This document shows, in pieces, positions 39,201 through 52,918 of a stretch of 64,000 bases of DNA (its first letter is position 1; each line of letters starts with the position of its first letter). A program made the translations under genes and the position numbers. Where the stretch lies: positions 222,582-286,581 of the forward strand of contig JAAOMT010000571.1 of NCBI GenBank assembly GCA_016748015.1, in the 5' to 3' direction. The notes beneath the pieces were generated by a model that did not search any database, had not been told where the DNA came from, and worked only from the letters and a program-made list of their open reading frames with translations. This DNA is from Geosiphon pyriformis uo1. Its lineage: Eukaryota > Fungi > Glomeromycota.

Positions 39201-41200
39201 AACAAATTAAATTGGATTTTTAAACTGGTTGTAATTTTTTAAAATAAAAGTTAATAGATTTAATATTTTTATCACCAAAATTAAAATTGCTTAAATATTT
39301 AGATTTTAAATTAAATTTTTACATGCATTTTTATAATATTATTACAGTTAAATTTTTTACTTTTTAGCTTTTATTTATTTACTTAGTTATAGTTAGTTAT
39401 ATATATTAAATATAAATATCATTAATTAACTATCTTATTTTTAAAATTAATTATTAATATAATTATTAACTTGATTAATATCTTAATTATTAACTTAGTT
39501 ATTTATTTGATTATTAATATAATTACTAAAATAATTATAAATTTTTTTTTAAAAATATATAAACAATACTTTTTGAAAATATAAAAAAGCATTTATACAT
39601 AAATTACATTCAGATTAATACAATAATATTTAATTTTTTATTTTTTTTTACTATTTTTTTTTCTTTTTTTATTAATTTATATAATTGTTAGTTTTTATAA
39701 AGTATATTGAATAAAACATTTACTAAAAAGTATAATTAATACTTAATATTAAATTCTAAAAGCACTAATATGAAATATAAAATTAAATTGGTGTGTTATC
39801 TTTTATTAATAATATAAATTATTCTTTTATTTCCAGATTTTTTTATTACTTTTTGAAAATAATAGTGATTAAAATATTTATAAAATTAATTTTACATATT
39901 AAATTTTTATTAATTCAATATGCTTATTAAAGTTGAATTATTTTTTTGATTATTTTATTGTTATATAATATTGTTTTCTCTTGCTATTTATTAGTTTATT
40001 AATTAAATTATAACAATACTTAAAAATTAAAAATATTACAATAATTAAAATTTTAATATTTAAAGCTTTTAAAAATTAATATTACATAAAAACATTAAAA
40101 GTTATAATAATATTATAATTAGTATAATTATAATAAAATTAATGTAAATACTAAAAAAATTGATACTTTATTTTTTGTAAATAAAATAAGTTATTAAATA
40201 AAAATAGTACTTTAAAAAATACCAAAAAAATAAATTTTTTGGTATTTTAAAAAAGTTGGTTTTAAGAAAAACTATTTTAAATAACCAATTTTTATATTTT
40301 GGTTTCTACTATTTTATAGCTAATTATTAACTATAAAATTTAATTTAGCTTTGTTTTTAAAAGTGTATATTAAAAATAAGATGTAATAATTTAAAAAAAC
40401 TTGAAATTAAAAATTAATTTATTGAAAGATTTTTTCAAATAAAATTTTATATCATCTTTTCTTGTATAATTTAAAACTATTTAAACAAATTCAAATTAAA
40501 AATAAAATAAAATTATTGCTAATCTTTTTAAATACTTTAGATATTGTAAATTGTTAATTTGTATATTATTTTTTGAATTTACAAATTATTGATTAGGCTT
40601 CTAAAAATCTATTACAATTTTCTGTTAAGTTACAAGATAATTCAGTCAATAATATTTTGGCTAAAATAATTAAGATTTAATATGGCTTTTAATAAACAGT
40701 TTTATAATAAATATAATTAAATTTTTAATTAAAAGATCTTTTATTGCTAAAAAAACTGAATTTAAAAAATCTTATGTCTAATTAATTTAAAATTACTGTT
40801 AAGCTTTTATAAATTTGTAGTTTAAAAGCAACTGCTATGCTTGTTAATTATAATTTTGATTGTTAAAGTATATATAGTTTAAATTGTTTTTTAATTATTA
40901 AGAAATATTTGGTAAAAACAAAACTTTCTGTCATAAATATTTTTATTAATAATTTATTGAAAAAAATAAATAATCTGTAATATATTAGTATTTTTTAAGA
41001 ATCTAAATATAAATATTAATGTTTATGTTTTTGGTTTAACTTTATTAATTCTGATTAAACTGCAAGTTATTTTATTGGTATTTGAATATATTTCAATATT
41101 AATAATAATAAAAACTTATTTAAATAGTCAAATCATTTACAATTATTGTTAAATTAAAAAAAAACAAATTATCAATTTTATTTACTTAAAAAACATTTTA
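33240..41200. repeat. Extremely AT-rich eroded repeat block
   Basis: Almost no CpG, very low G+C, only one ORF (35760) of 60 aa or more; contains recognisable TE relics. Confidence 0.7.
34350..36530 (+). mobile_element. Eroded non-autonomous element: ORF1-like region followed directly by the LINE 3' tail (HAL1-like)
   Basis: 36398-36530 aligns without gaps to the LINE tail 33098-33230. The upstream sequence is not ORF2 but resembles 56222-57300. Confidence 0.55.
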
Positions 41201-42490
41201 GTTATTTGATTTAAGATAAAAAATCATTTCAACATTTACTAAGGTTCTAACAGTTAATGAAGCTTTTAAGTGGTTCCAAAGAACTGCAAAAAAAAAAAAC
41301 AAAAAAAAAAGGGAACCTTATTATTTGTAATATTATTTCTATGAAAAACATAATACGCAAGAGGAAATATGAATCGCATCATGACCATTTCTGTTTTTAG
41401 AAGAAGTTAAGTTTACTGCGAGAAATGAGCACAGAAAAAAAGGCTGATATATATTAAAAGAATAAAGTTAGGAATATGCGCGAAGGAAATACATCCCTTG
41501 GAAATTACAAGTAAACAAACAATGATCATCATTTATTATAACCTAAGAAGGAAACACCAATGGATTCTATTTAAAAAAAACCATTTTTCCAATTCAAAAA
41601 ATTATAAGGCTAATAATTCGGACCAGAAATACCTGATTTATTATATGTACCCTTGGAAAAGGAAAGGAAGTACATGTACCAAATATATTTAAAAATTAAA
41701 CATTAATAATTACCATTTTTAATCTACAAATATTCTCAACACGTTTTTTTTTTTTTTTTTTTTAATTGCCTTTTGAACATGTATAATAAACTCCTTTTTT
41801 TTATCAATAGAAGCTAAAAAACGTGAACATTTTAAAAAATTTTTTTTTATCATATTACATTTACATGTATCACGTTTCTATAAAAATTTAATTATGATAT
41901 AATTCAATTTTTACAAAAGGAAAATCATTTCATACGAAAAAAAATTGTGATTCAGTCGTTTTTAAAAAGGCTGAAATCTTTTAATCAAATAAAAACAAAA
42001 ATTTTGAGTATATAATAATATTCCTTAAATTGAATCATCAATTTATTAGATTATATTGCTAAAACATTAATGACAATGAATTTTTCAAAATTAATTCAAA
42101 ATTAAATTTCTTTAATGAAAGATTGTAAGAGAATTGAATTTTAATTATAATTGAATTCATCTTGTGTCGATATAAGAATTCTCAACTGGATAAAACATAT
42201 GAAATTTAATCGGTTGGATCAGAAAAATTTTCATGGTTCACAAGTTTTTCCTTGAAAAATAAAATTTTTTGACAGATAAACTACTTGAGGATTTTGAGCT
42301 AAAAACTCTTTATCAGTAATGTCATAATCCAAAAAGACTCCAGATATCTTTTAATTCAGATTAATGTCTTGAACATTTGTTTCTTTATTTTTTTTAAATG
42401 TGAAATTATTATACAGTTTTTTTGCTTATTTTTATTGATTTAGGGTAGTGTTGCATGATTGTTACCACGGCTTTGATTTTTTTTGAGTTA

Positions 42491-42543
<53 letters not shown>

Positions 42544-42566
42544 GTGTGTGTGTGTGTGTGTGTGTT
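42491..42566. repeat. Compound microsatellite (TGTATG)n(TG)n
   Basis: Direct reading. Confidence 0.95.
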
Positions 42567-42943
42567 TGTGATTTTGTGATTTTGTTATCAGTTTCAGCTT
42601 CGGACGTCACTTGAGAATCATGAATGAAAAAGCATATTTAGAATTTTGAAACCATAGAAAGGGCAAAGAAATTCATGAAAAATGAAAATTCTTTCGAGAA
42701 AGTGGATGAAAATTAAAAATATTTTGATGGTGAAATTGAATATTGCGAAATGATGCAAATGATAACAGAGTTTTCAGGATTTCAAGGTGTTTTTCGAGAA
42801 TGGATTCTTTGAGAAAAACGAAAATGAAATTTAAATTTTTAATGTAACTACGTTTTTTCCAAAATGCGCTATGATTGGTTAATAAAGGTGTTTTTAGTCA
42901 TTCCAGATGAGGGAGGTAATAAAATTGCGTTGTAAAATCTATC

Positions 42944-42944
<1 letters not shown>

Positions 42945-42977
<33 letters not shown>
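42945..42977. repeat. (AAT)n microsatellite downstream of the C2H2 gene
   Basis: Direct reading. Confidence 0.9.
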
Positions 42978-43200
42978 GGGTAGCTTTTTACAAAAAGGGA
43001 TTTTCCCCAAGAGGATATTTGTTATAACATCAAAGTAACGTTTTAAGGTACGATTTGAAAAGAAAAAAACTTTTTACAATAAATTCCAACTTTGCAACAA
43101 AAGCGGCAAAAATTAATGTTGCCAATACGTAACGTCGTTGAAAATGAGGCAACATATGTTCGACACACAATCACAAGGAAACAATTTGATTTTTTCCCGA

Positions 43201-44416
43201 TTAGTATGGTTGGAAACGATGTGAATCGTGGTAAAATGGTGATCGTGATAAAATTATCGGTTGCTTCGGGAAATATGATGTCAGCGGTGGGGATAATTGT
43301 ACTTTTTGATTTATATGATCAGCAAGAGAATCGTGATAGTTGTATTGATTAATGGTAGAAAAACAATAACTAGAATTAAATGTTGGTGTTGTGGGTGTAC
43401 TTGACGGGGAGCCTGAACCAGAGAAAAGGGATGATGGGCTCAAAGGCGGATTGTGAACATGAGATTCACTCATCAATGGTCGCCATACGATTGGTTTCTC
43501 AGATTTCACCGATAGAATATGTTCATGTCTGTGATGTCTTGTAAGATTAGTTTTCCGACAAAAGCTGTAGAGAAATTTTCGAAATAAATTTTTTATTCAA
43601 AGAATTCTTGAAAAGTTTTTTTAGTAGGATTCAAAGCTTCAAATAATTTAAATACCTTTTGCCACAACCATCGAAACCGCATTTGTAAGGACGTTTACCA
43701 GTGTGGATGCGCCTGTGTCGAGCCAAAGAACTGCTATCACTAAATGTTTTGCTGCAGTCAGTATGTTCACATACGTGTGGCCTTTCCCCCGAATGGGTTC
43801 TCATATGTACGGTAAGAGCTGATCGCTATTAAAAAATAAAAATAAGAAAAGTTTTTTAACGTTAGTTAGTTATTTAGTTAGGGAATATGAGAGGGATAAG
43901 TAATAAGTAATCGGTATCCTGATACCGATTAATCAGAACAAGTGACTACACATGGTCGCATTTAATCATGCAGGGAAGAATTGGAAGTAACCACGTGTTG
44001 TCGATCATTTTGCTCACCTGAATGAAACTCTTGCCACATCCAGATTCCGTACAGGTGAACGGTCTGATAATATAAAAAAAGTAAATTGTACATGTGATTA
44101 ATATAACATATTCACGTTCAAATTGATCATGAGGATTCTTGCATGAAATAGTAATATATATTTCTAACTTTGACAAACTTCCAAATTCAAAAGGCGCGGC
44201 AAATTTGTAATATATTACAATCACAAACAAAAGCACCAACAAAAAAAGGAAATTTTTCACGCCACATGTCTCGTACCTTTCGTTGGTGTGAATGCGGCCA
44301 TGTCTAGCAAGATCAGAACGCCGTGAAAAGGCCTTATTACAACCGTCCCAATTACATCGAAAAGGGCGACTTTCGCTATGTTGAGTTTCCATGTGAATAA
44401 GTTCCAATATATCCAT
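43201..44416 (-). CDS. Four-finger C2H2 (Kruppel-type) transcription factor, ~239 aa; exons 44416-44277, 44063-44018, 43825-43656, 43564-43201
   Basis: Three GT-AG introns splice in phase (720 nt total). Fingers: [93 protein letters not shown], with TGKRP-like linkers; Ser/Pro-rich C-terminus. Confidence 0.93.
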
Positions 44417-45414
44417 TTTATTGAAAGTAGGAAATTATAGTACAGGGAGTTGTGGGGAGGAGGGGTGAGTGGTTCTTTAGGTTAAGTGTCAATATATATT
44501 TATGGGTAAAGAGATAGAGATTTCGAAAGAATTTTCAATGGATTTTTTAAACACAAAGATGGGTCAGAAATAATGAATTATCAAAAGATAGAGATAACTA
44601 AAGAATTATGGTCGATCGAAAAATTTAGATAGCAAAGCAGGAGATGATTTTTATTTTGAACAGGTAAAAAAAAATTATATATGGGATTCAAAGAAAACAA
44701 AAAAGTTTTTGACTTTTGTAAAAATGGAGGAGAAAATCACCAAAATAAATTTTGAATAACTAGAAAGGGAATGAGTTGCCTTTTTATGAATTGTTTTAAT
44801 TTTTTGACGTTTTTGTACCAATTATGAAATCAATAATATAAAGGAAGAAAATATTGTTTTTTATAAAAGTGAGGAATAGTAATAAAGCTTAGGAGATATC
44901 AAGATCGAAACCAAGAATTGTTGGTAGTGAACTGAAAACAGAAGAGAGAAAAACAGGCACGGATAGCTGTATTTAATAAAGTTTTGAAAAGAGGACCAGG
45001 CTAGGCTGACCTGTCAGCATTAGAAACGAAACACAAAAAATAAAGAGTTTGTAATCACTCACGATTAATTATACGTTCAAATAATTTTTGAGTGAGTGGT
45101 ATATAAAAAAAAGAAAAAGAAAAAAGAGAGTCAAGTTCTTAACAATGAGGAATAAAACTGATTTGACAGGGCCACTGACGTTGAAGAAATTAAAAAGATT
45201 GGTATCAACAAAAACTATGTTTTTAAGCTAAGTTTTTAAGGCTAAGTGTAACAGCAGAATTGAAATAACATCAAAATTGAAATAAATAAATAAATTACAT
45301 TACATTACATTATTAATCAGTCAGTGAATTTTTAAAGTACTTTTGAGTAGATCAAGGAACAATAGCAGGGGTATTCGTTTTCCTTTTGTTAGTTAGTTAA
45401 ATTCACGACAGTGA

Positions 45415-45415
<1 letters not shown>

Positions 45416-45486
<71 letters not shown>
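45416..45486. repeat. Poly(T) tract ~70 nt
   Basis: Direct reading. Confidence 0.95.
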
Positions 45487-45491
<5 letters not shown>

Positions 45492-48312
45492 GCAGACTGC
45501 TGTAAAACTTCTTCTGAACTATAAAAAAAAACAACGGTGGTATAGCAAAAGTTTAATTTTAAAGTGGAATATATATATGCTGAAGATTGACAAGTTAGAT
45601 TTAGATGATATCATTAAAAAAAAGAAAAGAAGAGTTTCTTTCATAATAGAGAAGGAGTTTCTAATTTTAAATAATGAAGTTTTATAATGAATTGTGCAAA
45701 AGCGATAGTGACCAATATACTCAAAGTAATATATATGATTATCATATTAAAGTATGAATTTTTCAATTAAACAAAAAGGAACATTAAGCGTATAATCAAA
45801 CTTGTGCATAATAATAATAATAATAATAATAATAATGGTATATTAATAAAAATATCGGGAAAAAATAATCTTCGAATGCACCAATCTCCTTTGCTAGTTA
45901 AGCTAACCTTAAAGAAACTAGAATAAATTCGAAAAAACATGTTTGTGAGAAAAGAACCATCATTTTCATGGATTCGAAACAAAGTTCCCGAATTACAATT
46001 CGTCATTCTTGACAAACTACTATTTAATACATGTGACTTTTGTAAATCCAAATAGTATACAGACGCGCCAATTTGCCTTTATAGCGATTATATTATTATA
46101 ATTTAAATGGGTATGAACTGTATTCCTTTTTTTTTGAACCCGTGATAAAATAATATTTTTGGCGCATTTGCGGTTTAATTGCCGCTTCCAATGCTAATGG
46201 CGTTTTCACACTGGGTGTCTTTCCCGGAATCGATTTGAATTAAGTATAATTCGATCAACAACGATTCATCGACATAGCATCAATAAAAACTTGTTTAGAT
46301 TGTGAGACAAAAAATTTCTGTAATTTTTTGCTATTGAATCTATAGAAGATTCTAATAATAATCCCAATTCAATAAGTTTTTCTGGTAAATCATAAAAAAA
46401 AAAAATTTTTTTTAATAAACAAACAATAGGAGAAAGTTATTGAAAAAGGAAACCATCATTGTTGGGATATTTCCTTTTGAATTGAATACTTTTTTTTTCA
46501 ATTTTTTTAATAGAATTTATTTTTTCAGGATTCAACGAAGAAAATAATCAGACTGCACTACCCAAATTTGTGACGTTTTTTTTTTCAAGCTTCCTTGGGT
46601 CTCGATTCTTTTATAAATTGAAAGTCTTTTGTTTTTTTTAAAAAAAAAAAAAAAGAATTCTATCAAAACACCAATCTTTTCTTTTTTGTCAAAAGATATA
46701 ATGGATATAATTTGATGATCTGATTCGTCCATTTTATTTTCTATTATTGATTGACTGACTGACTGACTGATTGATTGATTGATATATGTATAAAACTTTA
46801 ATCTTTTCTGAAAGGAAATTCATAATTTTATGTTATGTCTGTACAACTTTGTTACTTTTTTTGTGGGTTGGAGAAGTTGATTATTTAAATAACCGTTTCA
46901 TGCAGATATTCTTGAGATGTTTGATGGGCTCAAAAAATATTAAAAAAAATTTTTTAATAACATAATTCAATATTTCACCGAGTTTGAACACTAAAAAAGA
47001 ATTTAACTTCTTTTAAAAACACAGACATCTTATTACCATTTCTGTAATTGATAAAAAAACGTTTAAGAGAGAGAAAGAGAAATTGATTAAATTAGTCGCA
47101 TGCATACATGCAAAACGATACATTATGGTCAAAATATTTGATAATTTCTTTTTCTTTCTTTGCTTTTTCCCATTCTGTCCTGTCTGTGCCTGCATTTATC
47201 TATTGTTTTAGTTAGGCTAATAATCTAGATTCCTTTTAAATTTTGTGAGATTGATTGAGTTTGTCTTTTGTGTGTGTGTGTGTGAAAAGTATTTGTTCAT
47301 TATTGGTGTCAATCTTATTCTAATGTTGGAAAAAAAATTGAATGTTACCATTTTTTGTTAAAATAATATTATATCTTGTGCTTCAAAAGTACGTGCGGTA
47401 TGGTCTTTGAGCGCAAAACCTCCTATTATTATTATTATTATTATATGTCAAAAAACCTCATTCATGTAATTTAGGTTAAGAATTGTCAATACCTATAATC
47501 AATCATCATATCTTCCAATTTGTCAGCTTATTTACATATACATAATTACACGCATAATCTAGACAAAAAAGGTCGAGACCTCTTATTTTCAAATTTGAAT
47601 AAAATTATTTCCGTAGCAGATGACAAAAAAAAAATTATAAAGATACGGAATTTAAAATAAATATTACAAATATTCAAACTTCATAATTGTTATTAATAGA
47701 AATGAAAAAGGAACCTGCATCATCATCATCATCATCATCATAGTGTGAAAATAAAAAATTTAAATGTAAGATCAAGAGCATTTTTTCAGCTCATGCAATG
47801 TAAATCTCGGTCTATTTGAAAACCTATCCAAAAAAACTTTTATTCATTGAAATCAGCATGAGAAGAAATCCTTAACTTTTTTGTGTTTAATTAAATAATA
47901 ATTTCATGTTGTGAGCATCCTCTGATAGACCTAGCGTTCAATTAAACATGCATTTTGTTTTAAACAAAAGATCTAGAATGGTTTATTTTTAAAATAGATC
48001 AAATTTCGATCAAAGCTAGATATAAAATATATTTCTAATTACAATTAGTAATAAAAAGGGTTGATCATGACAAATATCAAAGTAACGAAATAAATGCCAA
48101 TTAAAAGACATTTTAACGGTAAGATAAAAAGATCTAGAATCCTTTTTTTTTTTTTTTTTTTTTTTTCGTGTGCATGTCTTTAAAAAACTCGAATAACATG
48201 AGATAAATTTCGCAAGTCTAGATCTTTCCAAGATTGATAGATAAAATTAATTGGTTTTATCAAAATGAAAAAAAAACCATGATCAAATTGACAACAGAAA
48301 AAAGAAGACATC

Positions 48313-48416
48313 TTTATTCATTCATTTATTTATTTATTTATTTAGTTATTTAGTTATTTAGTTATTCATTCATTCATTTATTTATTTAGTTATTTAGTTA
48401 TTCATTCATTCATTTA
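48313..48416. repeat. Degenerate tetranucleotide array (TTAT/TTAG/TTCA)
   Basis: Direct reading. Confidence 0.85.
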
Positions 48417-50542
48417 TAAATTATTCGACGTAGAATAAATCTAAATAAGAAAAAATTCAAATAAATTACTGATCTAATAATGCATCATTATTACGTTAAC
48501 TTGAAATATTCTAGTTCTATTAAATTTTGATTGCAATTTCTTATTTTCACTAGCTATTTATCTTTCATTTTTTTTTCCCTCACTTTTAACTCAAATAATT
48601 TATCTGATCATTTAAAAATTTTCAGGCTTTTAAATTTCTTAATAACGTTGAAATAATATTGTGAAAATTTTTTATTACATATCTCCATTGATTAATTTCA
48701 AATAAAGTTAACTTTCCTATTTTGGGAGTTTATCAGAACTAAAAATAATCAAAAAAAAATTTAATATTCATTGAACATCACATTACTGAAATTTGCCACT
48801 CCCAAACATTGAATTAATAAATGTGGATACACAACAGTTAAAAAGCTCGTGCTTCCTGCCTATGTAGGCACGAAATTGAAATAAAAGTTATTTGATTGGA
48901 GAAAATTTTTTAAGATTTCCTATAGGTAAAATTACTGTTTTAAAACCTTAACAAAATTTAAGAGTTTTTGCAAGTTAATTGGTATCTTTCTCAAATCTTT
49001 GTTTCTTTTATACCAACTCTCTAATCATGTACACAGACTGGTTAAACATAAATCTCATCCGAAAATACATTTTTAAATTTAAAAGCTTTTGTTCATATAA
49101 CGGAAAATATTTATTTTGTAATAAAGTCTGACTTTCCTTAAAATTTAAAGAGCTAAATTTTTAAATTCATGACAAAAGAAACGAATTAAATTCAATACAA
49201 TACAACAAGACAAAAAATAATATGTCGCAACATTAGATGTATTAAAGTGATTTTTTTTTGATTTCATAAAGTCTGGCCTGGAACCTGCTGCTGCTGCTGC
49301 GAGATACTGTAGGGTATAATTTTCCAAGAGAAGTGAAGCTGCATATTTTTATTCTTTTTTCTGAAAGAATAAATGGTAAGAGAGCACATGTTATGACTTA
49401 TGATGATATTTTAATGCCAACCAATCTCATATTCGACCCAAAATATTTGTGATAAACTGTTCATCATCATTCGATCTTTTTACCGGAAATCTCGGACATT
49501 TTTTGTGCATAAAATTTCTTTCGGTTTTAGTCTAGAACATAACATCAATTCAAAATCAAACACAACGTGATTGACAGCAGCATTTACCTTTTAATCAGCA
49601 TATATATGTTGTTAGTATCAGCCGCAATATCATCAAAATTTTCTATGCAGTGAAACACACATAAGGAGCTGTTTGTGATTGAGCAAAAAGAAAAAATGTC
49701 GTCTATCCTGTGGTGTAACTCAAGAACAATGAAAACAAAAACGCAAGGGCACGTACGTTGATGTCTCAATTTTTTTTCCATTCCCATTATTTAGTCGGAG
49801 ATCAGTTGACTTTGTGTCCTCCGTTAAACCAGTGCAACAGTTTCTTATTTGAACGAATTTAAAGTTTAAAAGGAAAACACACCTTTTCCAGGATCGATTA
49901 TTAACAAATTTTTCATGACATGAATTCAGAAATGAAAAATGCGATGCAACATTGCGATATTTGATTTTGAACGATTCATCATTTGCGTTCACACCGCATA
50001 TTCGATAAATTCTTAATATTCCGCATCTTCTCAGAAGTGGGAAACTGTAATTGGAAAGAAATGGGTTGACAACATGTTTTACAAGGGTACGAATCAATCT
50101 AATCAAATGAGAAACAAGCAATTGGATAACTGAAAAAAAAAAAACTTGATTATAAAAATTGGATGTGAGTTGGCGGTATGTTAAAGTGATACACGGCACA
50201 TGGCATCACGTCTTGCATGGGATTTTGAATACCTGATTGAATGGGAAAATACAAAAAATAAAACTGAGAAAGCAGGAGTCTAATAATAATGAATCCAAGA
50301 AAACACGATTGTTGAAAATTTTTGGGGCGGTCGAGTTAGGAGGTGTGCATCAAAAAATGTGTAACGATGTATGTGTATGTGTCTGTTACCGATGTTACGT
50401 TAGGTTAGTTTAGGTTAGAGTAGAGTAGAGTAGAGTAGACTAGAGTAGGGTGAACGCTAAATCATATGTCTATAAAAAAAAATTCCTGAAAAAACATCAT
50501 TTTAATATGTATAATCAAATTATAATTATAATTATAATAATT

Positions 50543-50574
<32 letters not shown>
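50543..50574. repeat. (TCA)n microsatellite
   Basis: Direct reading; source of the spurious poly-Asp ORF 50462..50650. Confidence 0.9.
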
Positions 50575-50577
<3 letters not shown>

Positions 50578-51618
50578 CTGGAATTTTCTCCATGCAATGC
50601 GGTGACAAACAATAGGTGAAAGGTGCACGGCTTAAAATTGTACAGTACATCCTGAGAATCTTAAATGTAGATTATGATCACAATGAATCAAGATTTAACG
50701 TTTATTAAAAAATCAACAACTTTATTTGTACCCTAACAGAGTAATCAGGAATTTAAACGCGCAGGCATCGGTCATTCAAAATATGTATATGATTAATCAA
50801 GGTGATTTGCCAAAAAAGCGGATTAACTAAAAAATCCCATATCAATTAAAGAAGTTTGAAAACAATTGGATTTTATTTTACCATCTAGACATCAATCCTG
50901 TATTGCGCAATTTCGGATTTTTTAACCTCGAATTTTGAGTTTGGAGATCTCAACCAAAATCGTTAAAAAACATTTTTGCATTCAGACGAGTTAGCTATTG
51001 TGTGACAATTATAACCTTCATAGGGTACGATCTCATTTTATCAAATCAAATCAAAATCAAATTTATTTTTTTGAAACTGACAATGCAAAGTTTCCGGTAT
51101 TAAATGTCTATGAATAAGAGTTTTCATGTTTGACAAACAAGAATGGGCGTTAAATAGTTGTATTGGAAAAAAAAACCTTTTTTTTTTTTTTTGAATGGAT
51201 TCTAGAAAAAAAAATTTATCATTTTTTATAAAGACTGGCATTTTATCCACATGAATTTTTCCAAGATAAGTAATCTCTTTGCAAGTCATCAAGTTATAAT
51301 ACACGTTTGAATAGGGTATCAAATTCGCAAAAATTTTCTCCTTGAGGTCTCAAAAGGTTGAAAAACAGGTTTTCAAAACTTGTATGAAAAAATATTTTCC
51401 GATTTAAATCATTTAAAGCAATGAAATAAAGCATTTATATAAAAAAAATTCTTTATAGACAAAAGCATGTGTCATAAACTATTTTTTACCAGATCAAAAG
51501 CATAAAATTATGGAAAAGGTAGAGTGATTATTTCCCAATTTTCAGAATAAATCTTTTCTTAAAAATGGATCCATACATTGAAATAAAATTATTGATTGTT
51601 TTTAATAATATTGACATA

Positions 51619-52918
51619 CAGGGGGGTATAAAAAGTATTGGACACTTTTATAATATGTTATATAAAAGAACTAACTTATAATTCGTTAATTTTTTATTAT
51701 TATATTAAAATACATGTTAGTATTTTGTTTGACCCCCATTTGCTTTAAGAATAGCTTGAACTCGACGTGACATAGACTTGATCAAATTACGAGGGTAATT
51801 TACAGGTATCGCATCCCATTCTTCCTTAACCCACCGTTCCAATTGTACAATATTTGAGGGTTGTGAATTACGTTGACGAATTTTAACTTCAATATATGAT
51901 CAAAGATTTTCTATTGGAGTAATATCAGGATTTTGTGCTGGCCAAGGAAGTAATTCAACATTTGAAGAGGTAAGAAAAGAACGCACGACTTTTGATGTGT
52001 GAATTGGTGCATTGTCTTCCTGAAAAAAAAACTTTTTTTTAGTTTTATTTGCATGAAGTTTTACCGTAGGAATTGCATAATTAGCCAAGGTTTTGCGGTG
52101 TATAACTCCAGTAATATGNNNNNNNNNNNNNNNNNNNNNNNNNNNNNNNNNNNNNNNNNNNNNNNNNNNNNNNNNNNNNNNNNNNNNNNNNNNNNNNNNN
52201 NNNNNNNNNNNNNNNNNNNNNNNNNNNNNNNNNNNNNNNNNNNNNNNNNNNNNNNNNNNNNNNNNNNNNNNNNNNNNNNNNNNNNNNNNNNNNNNNNNNN
52301 NNNNNNNNNNNNNNNNNNNNNNNNNNNNNNNNNNNNNNNNNNNNNNNNNNNNNNNNNNNNNNNNNNNNNNNNNNNNNNNNNNNNNNNNNNNNNNNNNNNN
52401 NNNNNNNNNNNNNNNNNNNNNNNNNNNNNNNNNNNNNNNNNNNNNNNNNNNNNNNNNNNNNNNNNNNNNNNNNNNNNNNNNNNNNNNNNNNNNNNNNNNN
52501 NNNNNNNNNNNNNNNNNNNNNNNNNNNNNNNNNNNNNNNNNNNNNNNNNNNNNNNNNNNNNNNNNNNNNNNNNNNNNNNNNNNNNNNNNNNNNNNNNNNN
52601 NNNNNNNNNNNNNNNNNNNNNNNNNTTTGTATGTCCTAACTTTATTGCTGAAATAATCCCTCTTTTTTGGTATTCAGAAAGTTCTTTTCCAAGACACATT
52701 TGATGCGGTAAATTTTTTCACGACAAGAATGTTTGATATTTTATATATACGCGTATGATCCACTGTTGTGTTTTACAAGGACGCGATTTATGTTGATTTG
52801 TAGATTATAACTATAAGTAATTATAAAAAAAATTATGGCTTAAATTGGTAATGGTATTACTATATATAGCCTTTTTTATATATTATATTAAGTGTCCAAT
52901 ACTTTTTATACCCCCCTG
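51619..52918 (-). mobile_element. Tc1 DNA transposon (~1.3 kb, DD34E) with TA target duplication
   Basis: Perfect 29-bp TIRs CAGGGGGGTATAAAAAGTATTGGACACTT flanked by TA. Transposase on the minus strand from 52699 (MCLGKELSEYQKRGII) to ~51717, with FQEDNAPIH..WPAQNPDITPIENL (34 residues between D and E). TGA at the expected Trp codon (51900-51902); central N gap. Confidence 0.93.

Noticed and set aside
40216-40248. 14-bp inverted repeat (possible Helitron/MITE hairpin)
   Set aside because: Mostly A/T runs in extremely AT-rich DNA; no supporting termini.
49720-50199. 159-aa ORF upstream of the TF
   Set aside because: Non-ATG start, no recognisable motif or splice structure.
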